Shown piece by piece: positions 1-10,800 of a stretch of DNA of 64,000 bases (its first letter is position 1; every line of letters begins with the position of its first letter). Source of the stretch: Gammaproteobacteria bacterium (lineage in GTDB: Bacteria > Pseudomonadota > Gammaproteobacteria > JABABF01 > JAHRAO01). The notes beneath the pieces were generated by a model. It did not search any database. It was not told the origin of the DNA and worked only from the letters and a program-made list of their open reading frames with translations. A program made the position numbers and the translations under genes. The stretch lies in NCBI GenBank assembly GCA_020027215.1, contig JAHRAO010000031.1:8603-72602 (forward strand), written 5' to 3'.

Positions 1-2986
1 GATGGACTTGTTTCAGGTCAAATATCAATTGCGCTAAATCTTCAATTGAATAAATATCGTGATGCGGCGGCGGAGAAATGAGGGTAACTCCCGGTGTCGA
101 ATAGCGCAATTTGGCAATGAGCGGGGTGACTTTATGCCCCGGTAATTGACCACCTTCACCGGGTTTAGCCCCTTGCGCAATTTTTATCTGCAATATGTGC
201 GCATTGACTAAATAGTACGGAGTGACCCCGAAGCGACCGGATGCAATTTGTTTGATACTGGAATTACGAGGAGTATTAAATCGTCTTTCATCTTCACCCC
301 CTTCACCAGAATTGGAATGCCCGTTCAACGAATTCATTGCCATTGCCAGCGCTTCATGGGCTTCCGGCGACAATGCGCCTAAAGACATCCCCGCACTATC
401 AAAGCGTGAAAACATGCTCGCGCACTCTTCTACTTCGGCAAGGGGAATCGCTGGCATATCTTGGCGTAGGGTCAACAAATCGCGCAATACTGTTACCGGT
501 CGGTTGTATACTGTATTTTTGTATTGTTGGTAATCATTGCGGTTGCCACTGCGCACCATTTTGTGTAGATCCTTGACTAATTGGGGGTTGAAAGCGTGGT
601 ATTCACCGCGGTGCATAAACTTAAATACACCACCCGATTCAATTGGGGTAAATGATTGCCATGCGTGTTTGGTGATCTTGCGAAAGTCGGCTTCAATATG
701 TGCGAAAGTCATGCCGCCGATAGGGTTGTTGAGGCCGTGGAAACAGTGATCGATCACCGAGTTATCAATACCCATTGGATCAAAGAGTTGTGCACCGCGG
801 TATGAGGCAACGGTGGCGATACCCATTTTAGAGAGAATTTTAAGTAACCCTTTGTCCAGCGATTGGCGATAGTTTTTTTGTATGGTGCCAATATCTTTTT
901 GTTTTTTTGGATTGGTGTGGTTGGCAATTTGTTCTACTAACAATTGGTAACCTAAATAGGGGTAAACCGCAGTGGCACCGAATCCGATTAAGCACGCGAT
1001 ATGATGTGGGTTGCGTGCACTGGCGGATATAGCAATGATATTTGCATCACAACGCACGCCTTTTTTAATGAAAAAATGATGCACTGCACCGACGGCAAGC
1101 AGGCTGTGCACGGGTACCTTGCCTTTTTCAATCGCCCTATCGGAGAGACAAATGAGCATCACTCCCTTTTTCACCGCACGCAATGCCTGGGCTTCTATAT
1201 CTTCAAGTGCCTCTAATAAACTTTTTTCTTTTGGATCATAGATGCATGGGATGATTTCGTGCGGAAATCCTTGTGTGTCGGTATTGAGTAATTGGTGAAA
1301 AGTATCAGGCGATAAAATCGGCGAAGAGATGGTGATGCGCGTCGCATGCATTTCGGTTTCTTCAAAAACATTGTGTTCGGCACCGAGGCAGGTGGATAAA
1401 GTCATGACCAATCGTTCGCGCAGCGAATCTATCGGGGGATTGGTCACTTGAGCAAATTGTTGGCGAAAACTATCGTAGAGCGGACGGTTTTTTTGCGATA
1501 GAACGGGCATGGGAGTATCATCACCCATTGAACCAATAGGTTCGGCACCTGTTTCTGCCATAGGAATGAGCATTTGCTCGTATTCTTCAATGGTGACTTG
1601 AAACTGCTTCATGTATGTCGGTAACAAATCAATATCGACCGGATCCACTAACGCGTCATTGTTATCGGCACCGATAGAGACTTGGTGACGCCCCAACCAT
1701 TTGCGGTAAGGGTGGCTGTTTTTTAAGAGTGTGTCAATGTCTTCGCTGTGGAGGAGTTTACCGTACTCTGTATCCACCGCTAAAATCTGCCCCGGTCCAA
1801 CCCTCCCTTTTTCGACCACTTGTTCAATATCGCAATTGCGTGTGCCGCTTTCCGACGCCACAGTGATGATGTCATCAGCGGTGAGGGTATATCGTGCTGG
1901 GCGAAGCCCATTGCGATCCATAGCGCAAATGGCATAACGTCCATCGCTGATGACTAAACCCGCAGGTCCATCCCACGGTTCCATATGCATAGAATTGTAT
2001 TCATAAAAGGCACGCAAATTGTCATCCATATCGGGGCGGTTTTCCCACGCTGGGGGTATCAATAGCCGTAAAGCGCGAAAGATATCCATACCGCCAGCGA
2101 CAAATAATTCCAACATATTGTCTAAACTAGAAGAATCCGAACCTTCACGATTGACTAAAGGAAGGAGTTCTTTGATGGGTGGTAAATTGGGGGCAGCAAA
2201 TTTGGATTGTCGTGCAACTGACCAATTGCGGTTTCCTAAAATAGTATTGAATTCTCCATTGTGCGCGAGCATGCGAAACGGCTGTGCCATAGACCACCTA
2301 GGCAAGGTGTTAGTAGAAAATCGCTGATGAAACATACATAAAGCGCTTTTTAGTTGTTGGTTTTGTAGATCGGGGTAAAAATTGGCTAAATCTTTAGGCA
2401 TCACTAAGGCCTTGTAAAGTAGCATGGTTGCTGATAATTGACAGATATAAAATTCCCCACTGGTGACTTGTTGGGTCATTTTCTGGCGCACGGTGTAGCA
2501 CCAAGTATTAAGCGAGTGATTATCCATGTGCGGTGCATCTATGAATAATTGCTCAACGCGCGGTAGATATTTGAGGGCAACGGTGCCGCAATAATGAGGT
2601 GCAATAGGGACTTCACGCCATCCCACTACTTTTAAGTCATCGTATTGAGTGACAACTGTTGCAATCTGTTGGCGTTGAGTGATGGCATGTTCACTATCTA
2701 AAAAGAATGTGCCCACTGCGTAACAAGAGCTCAATTCAGCGTTAAATAACCGCAGGGCTTCGGCGCGCAGAAAATCATCGGGTTTTTGCATGGATAACCC
2801 GCAACCATCGCCAGTCACTCCATCTGCCGACACAGCTCCACGATGTGTCATACGGCGTAGTGATTCTAAGGCAATGTCAATGTGTTGATGATCGGGTACG
2901 CCGCCGATATGGGCAACCAATCCAAAACCACAACTATCGCGTTGGTCAGCTGGGTTATATAATCTGTGATGTATTTGTGTATCCAT
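1..2986 (-). CDS. gltB: glutamate synthase large subunit, N-terminal ~995 codons (3' end runs off the window start)
   Basis: My own minus-strand translation from the ATG at 2986 gives MDTQIHHRLYNPADQRDSCGFGLVAHIGG...THRGAVSADGVTGDGCG...LAHNGEFNT...GEGGQLPGHKV. The frame stays open to position 1, so it is absent from the ORF track. The Ntn-amidotransferase CGFG motif and the FMN-domain motifs are typical of GltB. Confidence 0.9.
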   Translation of the reverse strand, partial: MDTQIHHRLYNPADQRDSCGFGLVAHIGGVPDHQHIDIALESLRRMTHRGAVSADGVTGDGCGLSMQKPDDFLRAEALRLFNAELSSCYAVGTFFLDSEHAITQRQQIATVVTQYDDLKVVGWREVPIAPHYCGTVALKYLPRVEQLFIDAPHMDNHSLNTWCYTVRQKMTQQVTSGEFYICQLSATMLLYKALVMPKDLANFYPDLQNQQLKSALCMFHQRFSTNTLPRWSMAQPFRMLAHNGEFNTILGNRNWSVARQSKFAAPNLPPIKELLPLVNREGSDSSSLDNMLELFVAGGMDIFRALRLLIPPAWENRPDMDDNLRAFYEYNSMHMEPWDGPAGLVISDGRYAICAMDRNGLRPARYTLTADDIITVASESGTRNCDIEQVVEKGRVGPGQILAVDTEYGKLLHSEDIDTLLKNSHPYRKWLGRHQVSIGADNNDALVDPVDIDLLPTYMKQFQVTIEEYEQMLIPMAETGAEPIGSMGDDTPMPVLSQKNRPLYDSFRQQFAQVTNPPIDSLRERLVMTLSTCLGAEHNVFEETEMHATRITISSPILSPDTFHQLLNTDTQGFPHEIIPCIYDPKEKSLLEALEDIEAQALRAVKKGVMLICLSDRAIEKGKVPVHSLLAVGAVHHFFIKKGVRCDANIIAISASARNPHHIACLIGFGATAVYPYLGYQLLVEQIANHTNPKKQKDIGTIQKNYRQSLDKGLLKILSKMGIATVASYRGAQLFDPMGIDNSVIDHCFHGLNNPIGGMTFAHIEADFRKITKHAWQSFTPIESGGVFKFMHRGEYHAFNPQLVKDLHKMVRSGNRNDYQQYKNTVYNRPVTVLRDLLTLRQDMPAIPLAEVEECASMFSRFDSAGMSLGALSPEAHEALAMAMNSLNGHSNSGEGGEDERRFNTPRNSSIKQIASGRFGVTPYYLVNAHILQIKIAQGAKPGEGGQLPGHKVTPLIAKLRYSTPGVTLISPPPHHDIYSIEDLAQLIFDLKQVH

Positions 2987-3233
2987 AAATAATGTGATGA
3001 TATGCCGTCAAGCAGAGAGCACTCCACAGATTGAAAATTAAATGAGTATATCAGTATGAATGCCGATGATTTTTATTATACCAACTTATGCATTCGGTGG
3101 TAGAAGTCAATAAATATGTATCGCGCTACTTTTTTAGGAATAAATTTATTTTACGCTGACTATTGATATTTTAATTTTCTTGTGGTATTATAAAGATTTT
3201 ATATAAGTTTAATAAAACTCGGGGGAGTGATTT

Positions 3234-6200
3234 GTGAATATATTTAATGTCTTTTCTATCAGAAAATTTATTTCTTTAACGTCTTCTATTGGCTTGGCCA
3301 TTGCTGCCATGCTTTTTTTGTTATCTCTATCCAGTGCGGTGAGCGCACAGGACGACGATGATGATGAAGGAGCGGAAGTTGAGGAAGTCTTGGTAACGGG
3401 GTCAAGAATTCCACAAAAATCCAATTTGATTGCCCCCAGCCCTATAACACAGGTCAATGCGGATGAATTCCTTTACACTGGAGTTACCGAAGTAGAAGAT
3501 TTGCTTAATGACTTGCCCATAACCCAAGGTGATAACGATAATACCGCTAATAATGGAGCTGTAGGTATCTCATCTGTGGATTTGCGTGCTTTAGGGCGCG
3601 ATAGAACTTTGACTCTTCTCAACGGGAGGAGAATCACCCGCGGGTCTTCTAAGCAAGCGGGTGGCGGTGCCGATCTGAATACCATTCCGCATTTTCTGAT
3701 CAAACGCGTTGAATTGCTAACGGGCGGCGCCTCAGCAACTTATGGTTCGGATGCTCTTGCCGGCGTGGTCAATTTTATTTTAGATGAAGAATTTAAAGGG
3801 TTTAAGGTTGACATTCAGCGCAGTTTCTATAACCATGAAAATACGGATATATTACACCCGCAATTGAATGCGCGCAATTTTGCCATTCCCGAAAGCACGG
3901 TCAATGATGGCTATACGAGTGCTTTATCTTTGGCTTTCGGCGTAAAAACAGATAAAGGACACATGGCACTCTACGGCATGTATCGTGATGTGGATCCCAT
4001 CTACCACGCGGATCGCGACCATTCTGCCTGTGCATTGAGCAGTAATAATTCATCCTGTGGGGGTTCATCTACTATTCCGCAAACCAGAATCACTGATTTT
4101 GGATCATTGGAGGCTGCGATTCGTTTCCCAGGGACGATCACTCGAGTCGCGCAGATAGCCAACTACGATTCCGCTGTACATGGTGCTAGTTCAACACTGA
4201 ACGCAACATATGTTACAAGTGCTAATCTTTCTGTGCTGAATGAACCAGGTGCAGTTGCTGCGGGGACGCCAGTTGTGGCTGGCTTTGACTGGTATGTGCC
4301 CGCACCCGCGGCAGGAGCATCATCCAACAACCAATTTGATAGACGTGCAGGTACTGTTTTGTTTAACTTTGCCCCGCGCAATATTTTTCAACGCCCAGGA
4401 AAAAGATCCATTTTAGGTGGTTATGGGCACTACGATTTCAACGACCATGTCACTGGTTACGCTGAGGTTAATTATATGAATCTGCGTTCATTGTCCCAAA
4501 TTGCGCCTTCGGGTAATTTTTTTGAAACCGATAATCTTTTCTGTGGCAATCCTTTGCTGTCTGAACAGCAATTCCAAACAATTTGTGGGCGATATGGTTT
4601 AACAAAAAATGATTTTTTCCAGAGTCTCCAAGGAAGAGAAGTCACGGCGCTATTTGTAGAGCGCACATCTTCTCCAACTATGAATCCTCGTCCTAACATA
4701 ACAACCCAAGTGACCGTTACGGGTAGGCCGACGATTAATATTGGTAGAAGAAACTTAGAGGGCGGTGAGCGGCAAGAAGATCTGTCGTACGCATCTTTAC
4801 GCGCCGTTTTTGGCGTGCGTGGCGATTTTGGCACAGCGTGGTCTTACGATGCTTTTGCTAATTTTTCCCGTACCGATTTAACGAATATTTACCTGAACGA
4901 TATATCAATTACGCGTATTAATCGGTCTTTGGATGTCATCAATACCACCCGCGTTGCTACTGCAACAGATGGATCCACTAGTGTGCAGACATTTATAGCT
5001 TGTCGTTCGGCAACCTCTGTTGCTGGCGCACCACCAGTTGATGCCAATTGTGTTCCATGGAATGTTTTTACCAATAATGGCAATAGGCTTGCAGCGACTT
5101 CGACGGGAGGCGTGACCCAAGCGGCGATTGACTATCTCATCTTGCCATTATACGAAAAAGGCGAGACGACTCTATCACAAATAACGGCACATATAGTCGG
5201 TGATTTGGGTGAGTACGGAATTGCGCTGCCATGGGCGGATACGGGGATCAGTTTTTCCGTGGGTTATGAAAGAGTTGCGCAGAGCCTAGAACATCTTCCA
5301 GATTCAAACTATATCTCTGGTGATGGATCAGGTCAAGGTGGGCCAACTGTTCCAGTCAGCGGTTCACTTTTTTCCGACGAAATGTTTTTTGAAGCACATA
5401 TCCCTATCATTGAAAATGCATCTTTTGCCGATGCACTCAATTTAGACATAGGTTATCGGACCGGTTCTTATTCGACAGACCAAGATGTCAATAGTAGTAA
5501 ATTGGCACTATCGTGGGTGATCAGGGAGAATTACAAAGTGAGAGCCAGTGTGCAGCAGGCTATTCGTCACGCACACGCGAGAGAACTTTTTGCCCCTCAG
5601 GGAATCCAATTGATTAATGCGACTGATCCGTGTGCCGGTTCGAATCCAGGTAGGACTGAGGCAGAATGTATGAAAACTGGCTTAATGCCTGGCCAATATG
5701 GTCTTGTGGCGGCGAGTCCGGCGGGGCAGTATAATCGCCTTAATGGCGGGAATCCAAACCTAAGGCCTGAAACATCTGATACATTCTCTTATGGGTTTGT
5801 GCTGACCCCCTTAGATGGTTTATCTGTATCATTGGATTATTATGACATTAATATAGAAGAGACGATAGGTCGTGTTGGTTTTTCTTCAATCATAAGTCAA
5901 TGTATAGAGAACGATCGCTTCTGTAATCTAATTCAGCGAGGGTCTGGAGGCACGCTATGGCTTGGTAATGATCAGGTTGTTGATACTAACCAAAATGTGG
6001 GAACATTTTCAACTTCTGGTTTTGACCTTAATTTTGAGTACCTTTTCGGTATTGGTAGTGCAGGTAAAATGCGGGCGAGTCTAGTTGCCAACTTTCTACA
6101 ATCTTATGAAACTATGTTCCTCGGTGATCTCACCGAGTGTGTTGGTGCTTTCAGTACATCCTGTGGTGTTCCGAACCCCGAAATGGCATACAATGCCCGC

Positions 6201-6506
6201 TTGACGTGGTTGTCCCCATACAGTTTGGTGATGAGCCTTGCATTGAGGCACATCGCTGCTGTTGATCTCATCCCTGCGGCTAGTAACCAAATTGATCATC
6301 TCGCTGCGGCGAACTATATTGATTTAACGGCAATTTATTCACTGTATGATAAGTATGAATTTCGCGTAGGGTTTAATAATTTATTAGATGAAAACCCACC
6401 CTATCGCGGGAATCCACCGACGAATGCTAGTAATGGCAATACTTACTCTCAAATATATGATGCGCGCGGACGGTATGTATTTTTTGGATTTCGCTTGAAT
6501 ATGTAG
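3234..6506 (+). CDS. TonB-dependent outer-membrane receptor (1090 aa)
   Basis: GTG start preceded by a GGGGGAG SD. Signal peptide ends ...SAVSA/QDDDDDEG. Plug-region motifs EEVLVTGSRI and LLTGGASATYGSDALAGVVNFI are present. A long beta-barrel region ends YVFFGFRLNM. Confidence 0.9.
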   Translation: MNIFNVFSIRKFISLTSSIGLAIAAMLFLLSLSSAVSAQDDDDDEGAEVEEVLVTGSRIPQKSNLIAPSPITQVNADEFLYTGVTEVEDLLNDLPITQGDNDNTANNGAVGISSVDLRALGRDRTLTLLNGRRITRGSSKQAGGGADLNTIPHFLIKRVELLTGGASATYGSDALAGVVNFILDEEFKGFKVDIQRSFYNHENTDILHPQLNARNFAIPESTVNDGYTSALSLAFGVKTDKGHMALYGMYRDVDPIYHADRDHSACALSSNNSSCGGSSTIPQTRITDFGSLEAAIRFPGTITRVAQIANYDSAVHGASSTLNATYVTSANLSVLNEPGAVAAGTPVVAGFDWYVPAPAAGASSNNQFDRRAGTVLFNFAPRNIFQRPGKRSILGGYGHYDFNDHVTGYAEVNYMNLRSLSQIAPSGNFFETDNLFCGNPLLSEQQFQTICGRYGLTKNDFFQSLQGREVTALFVERTSSPTMNPRPNITTQVTVTGRPTINIGRRNLEGGERQEDLSYASLRAVFGVRGDFGTAWSYDAFANFSRTDLTNIYLNDISITRINRSLDVINTTRVATATDGSTSVQTFIACRSATSVAGAPPVDANCVPWNVFTNNGNRLAATSTGGVTQAAIDYLILPLYEKGETTLSQITAHIVGDLGEYGIALPWADTGISFSVGYERVAQSLEHLPDSNYISGDGSGQGGPTVPVSGSLFSDEMFFEAHIPIIENASFADALNLDIGYRTGSYSTDQDVNSSKLALSWVIRENYKVRASVQQAIRHAHARELFAPQGIQLINATDPCAGSNPGRTEAECMKTGLMPGQYGLVAASPAGQYNRLNGGNPNLRPETSDTFSYGFVLTPLDGLSVSLDYYDINIEETIGRVGFSSIISQCIENDRFCNLIQRGSGGTLWLGNDQVVDTNQNVGTFSTSGFDLNFEYLFGIGSAGKMRASLVANFLQSYETMFLGDLTECVGAFSTSCGVPNPEMAYNARLTWLSPYSLVMSLALRHIAAVDLIPAASNQIDHLAAANYIDLTAIYSLYDKYEFRVGFNNLLDENPPYRGNPPTNASNGNTYSQIYDARGRYVFFGFRLNM

Positions 6507-6531
6507 TGAAGGTATTTTTATACCATAAAAA

Positions 6532-6558
6532 GGCGGGGATTATCCCCGCCTTTTTTTT
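6532..6558 (+). terminator. rho-independent terminator of the TonB-dependent receptor gene
   Basis: Perfect 7-bp GC stem GGCGGGG/CCCCGCC with a 5-nt loop, followed by T8, 26 nt after the stop codon. Confidence 0.85.
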
Positions 6559-6567
6559 CCACCGTGT

Positions 6568-6618
6568 GGTTATATTAAAAGAAGGGGGTTATATTTTAAA
6601 AAAATAGGAGGTTATATT
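6568..6618. repeat. three direct copies of GGTTATATT spaced 19 and 23 bp apart
   Basis: Copies at 6568-6576, 6587-6595 and 6610-6618. A degenerate fourth copy GGTTATAC lies at 6682-6689. All sit just after the terminator in an ORF-free AT-rich spacer. Confidence 0.5.
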
Positions 6619-6864
6619 ATTCAAATAATAGTGCATAAAGCATAATAAATACTATTTCATAGTATGATGTATACCTGAAATGGTTATACGTTATCTCTCT
6701 AATACAAACAGCAAAAAAAAGTATCTCAAAAGCCTGCAATTAAGTAAAGAACTAGATAAAACATCAAAACCAATACATCAGGTAGTTTTTCTGTATTAAA
6801 ATCCTGTGAGATTATAACTGAGAGAAAGTTCATAGGAAGCGATATCAATGGCTAAAATATATAA

Positions 6865-7157
6865 ATGGCTAAAATAAGAGAAACAAAAGGAGGTAGAAGA
6901 GATGGAGGGTATTCTAGACTATTTGGCAATGAAGATTTAGGGGCATTATTTAGCCAATACATGCAACAAGTATTAGAGCCGGTACAGAGTTAGAACACTT
7001 AATAGAAGATACGGCAAATGTACTAGAAGACATAGATGGATTTATTGATGCTTCACTAGAAAAAGGTACATACTTAATAACTAAAAAGTTGATGAAAAGG
7101 CACCAGCAGGATAATATTACATATCTAAAAGAATGTTTTGCAAAATTAAATATATAA
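6865..7157 (+). pseudogene. frameshifted, C-terminally truncated remnant of a type II restriction endonuclease, paralogous to the ORF at 37318-37998
   Basis: Frame 1 reads MAKIRETKGGRRDGGYSRLFGNEDLGALFSQYMQQVLEPVQS* with the stop at 6991. The -1 frame from 6978 reads AGTELEHLIEDTANVLEDIDGFIDASLEKGTYLITKKLMKRHQQ...* with the stop at 7155. Joined, the two pieces align with [80 protein letters not shown]. The PD-(D/E)xK core is missing. Confidence 0.7.
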
Positions 7158-7873
7158 TCCCCTTAAAGAAGGATGCAAAAAATTATTGCACACTTCTCAT
7201 GGTGTGATGCCCGCGGTGTTATGTGGGCATGGACATATTTAATTCTGTTTTCTTTTCTCTCCTGTCCCGTTCAAATATGATGTGCCGATATAGAAGAAAC
7301 CTATTTGAAGTGTTGAAAGCGCAGGTGGGTCGAATGCCAATCGGCGGCAAATGAACGCACTATAGATGATAATGGCGTGATGTGGGGGAATATCTTTTAT
7401 AGAAATAATTGAGCACTGGCTTTAATATGCAACTCTCTTTGCACAAGCGTTTGAGGAATATCGCCAGCCATTGCGACATTGATGGAAACAAGGGATAAGT
7501 AACGGTGCCGCCTCTCTCCTAAGGGAGGGGGCATCCAACTTTCTGGAATATAGCCTACACTATCACCATAAAATAGTGCATTTAGAAAATCAGCGGATAG
7601 ATGAGACCGTCAACGCATCCGCCCAATTATCTGGCGTGCCACAACTAAAAAATTTCCGCCGCGCATTACATTCTTAAATAAACTCTTCAACCCTGTATGC
7701 TTTATTCTTGCCTTGCCTCGCTTGCCCCGACCCGTTACAGTACTCACGCCTAAAACAGCCAGCGCTGTATGGAACAGCGCCCGCAAGCCCAAAATGGAGC
7801 ATTACTTGTCTTGTGATAATTTTGGGCTTGCGTATCAAGCGAAATACAGGGACGTATTGAGCGTAAAAACAGC

Positions 7874-10800
7874 CTATCTTGGTTGTTTGTTAGGGGCGAT
7901 ACAGCGAATAATAGGGGATTGGGTCGTTTTGCCGTAATCCCAAATGCGATTATTCGTTGCCTTTTCGCTATTTTCAATGATCCTATTGCGATTGGTATCG
8001 CAATATTGAGACGTTGGATCATTACTGTGTCCATTATTCCATCTCGTTTCGGTATCGGTGAGTGCTTTAATTTGTGTAAAAGTCCTGCGTTGGTTTTGCC
8101 CGTAGCGTCTAGCATTCGATATATCACGCCCGCCATATTCTTCTTGTGATACAAAATAATAGTCGGTTTTATTACTGTAATCTGCGTTCTCTACTAAGTA
8201 TATAAACCCATAGCTGCGGTTAAAGATAGAACCAGGCGCACCACTATTATCGCCATCATGGGCAATGCTTGTCCAGATACTTCTGGCATTACCGCTAGTA
8301 ATATATCCTCCGGCACCACCTCTCCGGCTTCCTGCAGTGGTGTTATGGGTGGAGATAGCATAGGCATTTTGAATGGTTCCGTTTGCTTGGCCACCAACTA
8401 ACCCACCTATAAACCTTTGCGAGGCACTAGGGTAGATAATGATCATGCGCGCCCACCCATTTTGGAGGCGGCCGTTAGCCATGTGCCCGATAAGTCCGCC
8501 CGCCGCGTTTGTTTGGTCTAACGTGTGTTCAATAGAGATACGGGCACTGCTATATACGGCACTCACCCAACTATTGCTATGAGTCATTTCTCCAGCAATG
8601 CCACCAATGTATTGTCCATTGGTCAACCTCACTTCTACTTCGTTGCCGATATGTATCAGGGTGGAATTGTCAATTTTGCCGATCAATCCCCCTACGGGGC
8701 TTCGTCCAGTTATTGTCGTTGTGCTAAATACGGATTGAACAAATATATCTTTTATAGTGCTGTTGCGCGCATCGCCTATCAGTGCGCCAACATGGTTTCC
8801 TCCGCGCACCCTTTCTACTGTGAGAGTCAAACTGCTTATATCTGCACCATCAGTGGCACCGAATAGACCCACGTAATTTGTTGTTGTCGTATCAATGTTT
8901 AAATTATTGATAACATAGCCATTGCCTCTGAATATACTCCTAAAGGGAGTACTATCATTGCCAATAGGTATCCAATTGTCACTGAGCGTAATATCGCCAC
9001 TCAATTCATACCCTGTGCATTTGGGAATCGGACACCCCGAAGTGCCTAATGGAGTGGATGTTTGTATATTGCCGTCATCTATTCCATTGCCGTCTAGATC
9101 ATCGCGAATACTTTCCAGTCCTGATGCGTCGCTGATATCAATCAGGCCATCACCATCTATATCCACCGCCATCATTGGCGTGGCGCTAACTTGTACACCC
9201 ATTGATTGCGTACTGGGTGCATAAATAGTGCGTACAGTAAAGGTATATTCTATATCGTTGGTGAGCCCAGTGATAGTTGTTGAAGATAGGCGTGATGGCG
9301 TAATTTGTAACCGCACAGGTTGCGCTAAACCACCCGCTGGAGTCCAAGTGATGACTGCAGTGTTTGGATTGACTTGGTAGTGTATGCCAGGGTTTTCCCA
9401 TTGGAGGGAAACGCGGCGCTCTCCTATTGCTGCTTGTAAATTTAATACCTCTGGCTGAATGGGTGTTTGGGGTTGTAGATCAATGCGTAGGCAGTTCAAT
9501 GCTGGACGATGAGCATCTGTGCCGTAAAGCCATACCGCATTATGTGACACCTGTTCTATTGTTTCTATTCTTCCGCTGGCATCGTTATCGCAGTAAATGG
9601 ATAATAAATCATCGCCGCCTGCATTCACTTCTAAGGTTCCATCATTATCCCAATCAAAACCCGCACTCCAATTAGTATATTTTTTTTCATCCGTCGTTTG
9701 ACCTGATAGCGAATCATTGCGTAACGCCCGCAATTCGTTATCGCTCAGCCCGATTGCTTGAGGATCATTAGGGTTTGCTCCATTATAATAATTCCGTCCA
9801 CGCATAATCGGTTGAGTGGGGCTCTCAGCATAGCGGCCGTAGAAACCACGCCCGCGATTCTGATGCACGCGGCCAAACACCCATACATTTCTTATAATGG
9901 TGTTATCTTGATCTGCGCTCGTTCGCCATGCTTCGCCCAAGGCGCCACCAAACCCCGTGAGAATGATATTACATTCAGGACAGCGGATATCAACGTTTGC
10001 CCATGCATTTTGCATTACGCCATTGAGTAGACTACCCACTAATCCCCCTGCACGAGCAGGAACATTGGTAGAACCAAAAAGCCTACCGCGAATATGGACT
10101 TCACCTCTCGCCCATACCTGTTCGGTCACTCCTTCATTTTGCTGACCGATAATTAGTCCAATGTAAGGGGGGGGAATACCCGACGTACTATCCCGTCCTA
10201 AATATACATTTGCATCAACATAAACCTGGCTAATATAACTGCGGTCGGCGTAGCCGACCGCCCCACCGGTAAATCGTGCGGGGTTGGAAGATGGAAGACC
10301 TGATATTTGGTTCGGCCCCTGTACTGTCACGGTACTACTGCTGAGTGTCAAGCGAGAATCTCTCAAACGACCGACAATGCCTCCGACTTCTCCTCCGTAT
10401 ATCGCATCACTGGTCGCAGATTTTCGTGCTTCGCCCGTCACTTCATAAGTGGAATGATCATTATCGCCAACCACAGTGAGTTGAGTAAGGGTACTGTGCA
10501 GTGCTTGACCAACAATGGCTCCTGTACATTCTTGTCCAGTGATATTCGGTTGGTGCACTACTACATTGCGAATAATGCTATTCCTCACCACGCCGAATAA
10601 GCCGATATTATCCACCAGTTCCCTCCCGCGACAATCTGAGGCTCCGCTGACAGTAAGCTCACCTGTCGCAACAGTGATCATCAAACCGCTAATAGTGTAG
10701 CCATTGCCATCAAAAATGGCGGTAAAGGGATTACTGTTTGTCCCGACTTTCATCCACTCTCCCTGCAAAGCGATGTCCGCTCCTAATTCGTAACCCATAC

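Noticed and set aside
222-2327. Several 68-103-aa plus-strand ORFs (222-533, 337-576, 537-749, 1001-1216, 1731-1937, 2019-2327).
   Set aside because: All lie antisense to, or out of frame within, the continuous minus-strand gltB reading frame. They have no SD and no recognisable motifs.
2987-3233. Looked for a Fur box or a cobalamin riboswitch upstream of the TonB-dependent receptor.
   Set aside because: There is no convincing GATAATGATAATCATTATC-like 19-mer and no B12-box (GCCACTG). Only AT-rich sequence is present.
6848-6864. ATGGCTAAAATATATAA upstream of the endonuclease remnant, which resembles the inner end of the cassette TIR (ATGGCTAACATTAGATATAAT).
   Set aside because: The match needs a 3-nt gap and lies in low-complexity AT-rich sequence. 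A simple 12-nt duplication of the remnant's own start (ATGGCTAAAATA) explains it better.
7757-7790. Hairpin GCGCTG-N7-CAGCGC followed by a TTTT-containing tail on the minus strand, as a possible terminator of the giant lipoprotein gene.
   Set aside because: The stem is only 6 bp, the U-tract is weak and interrupted, and it lies ~90 nt past the stop. Not reported as a feature.
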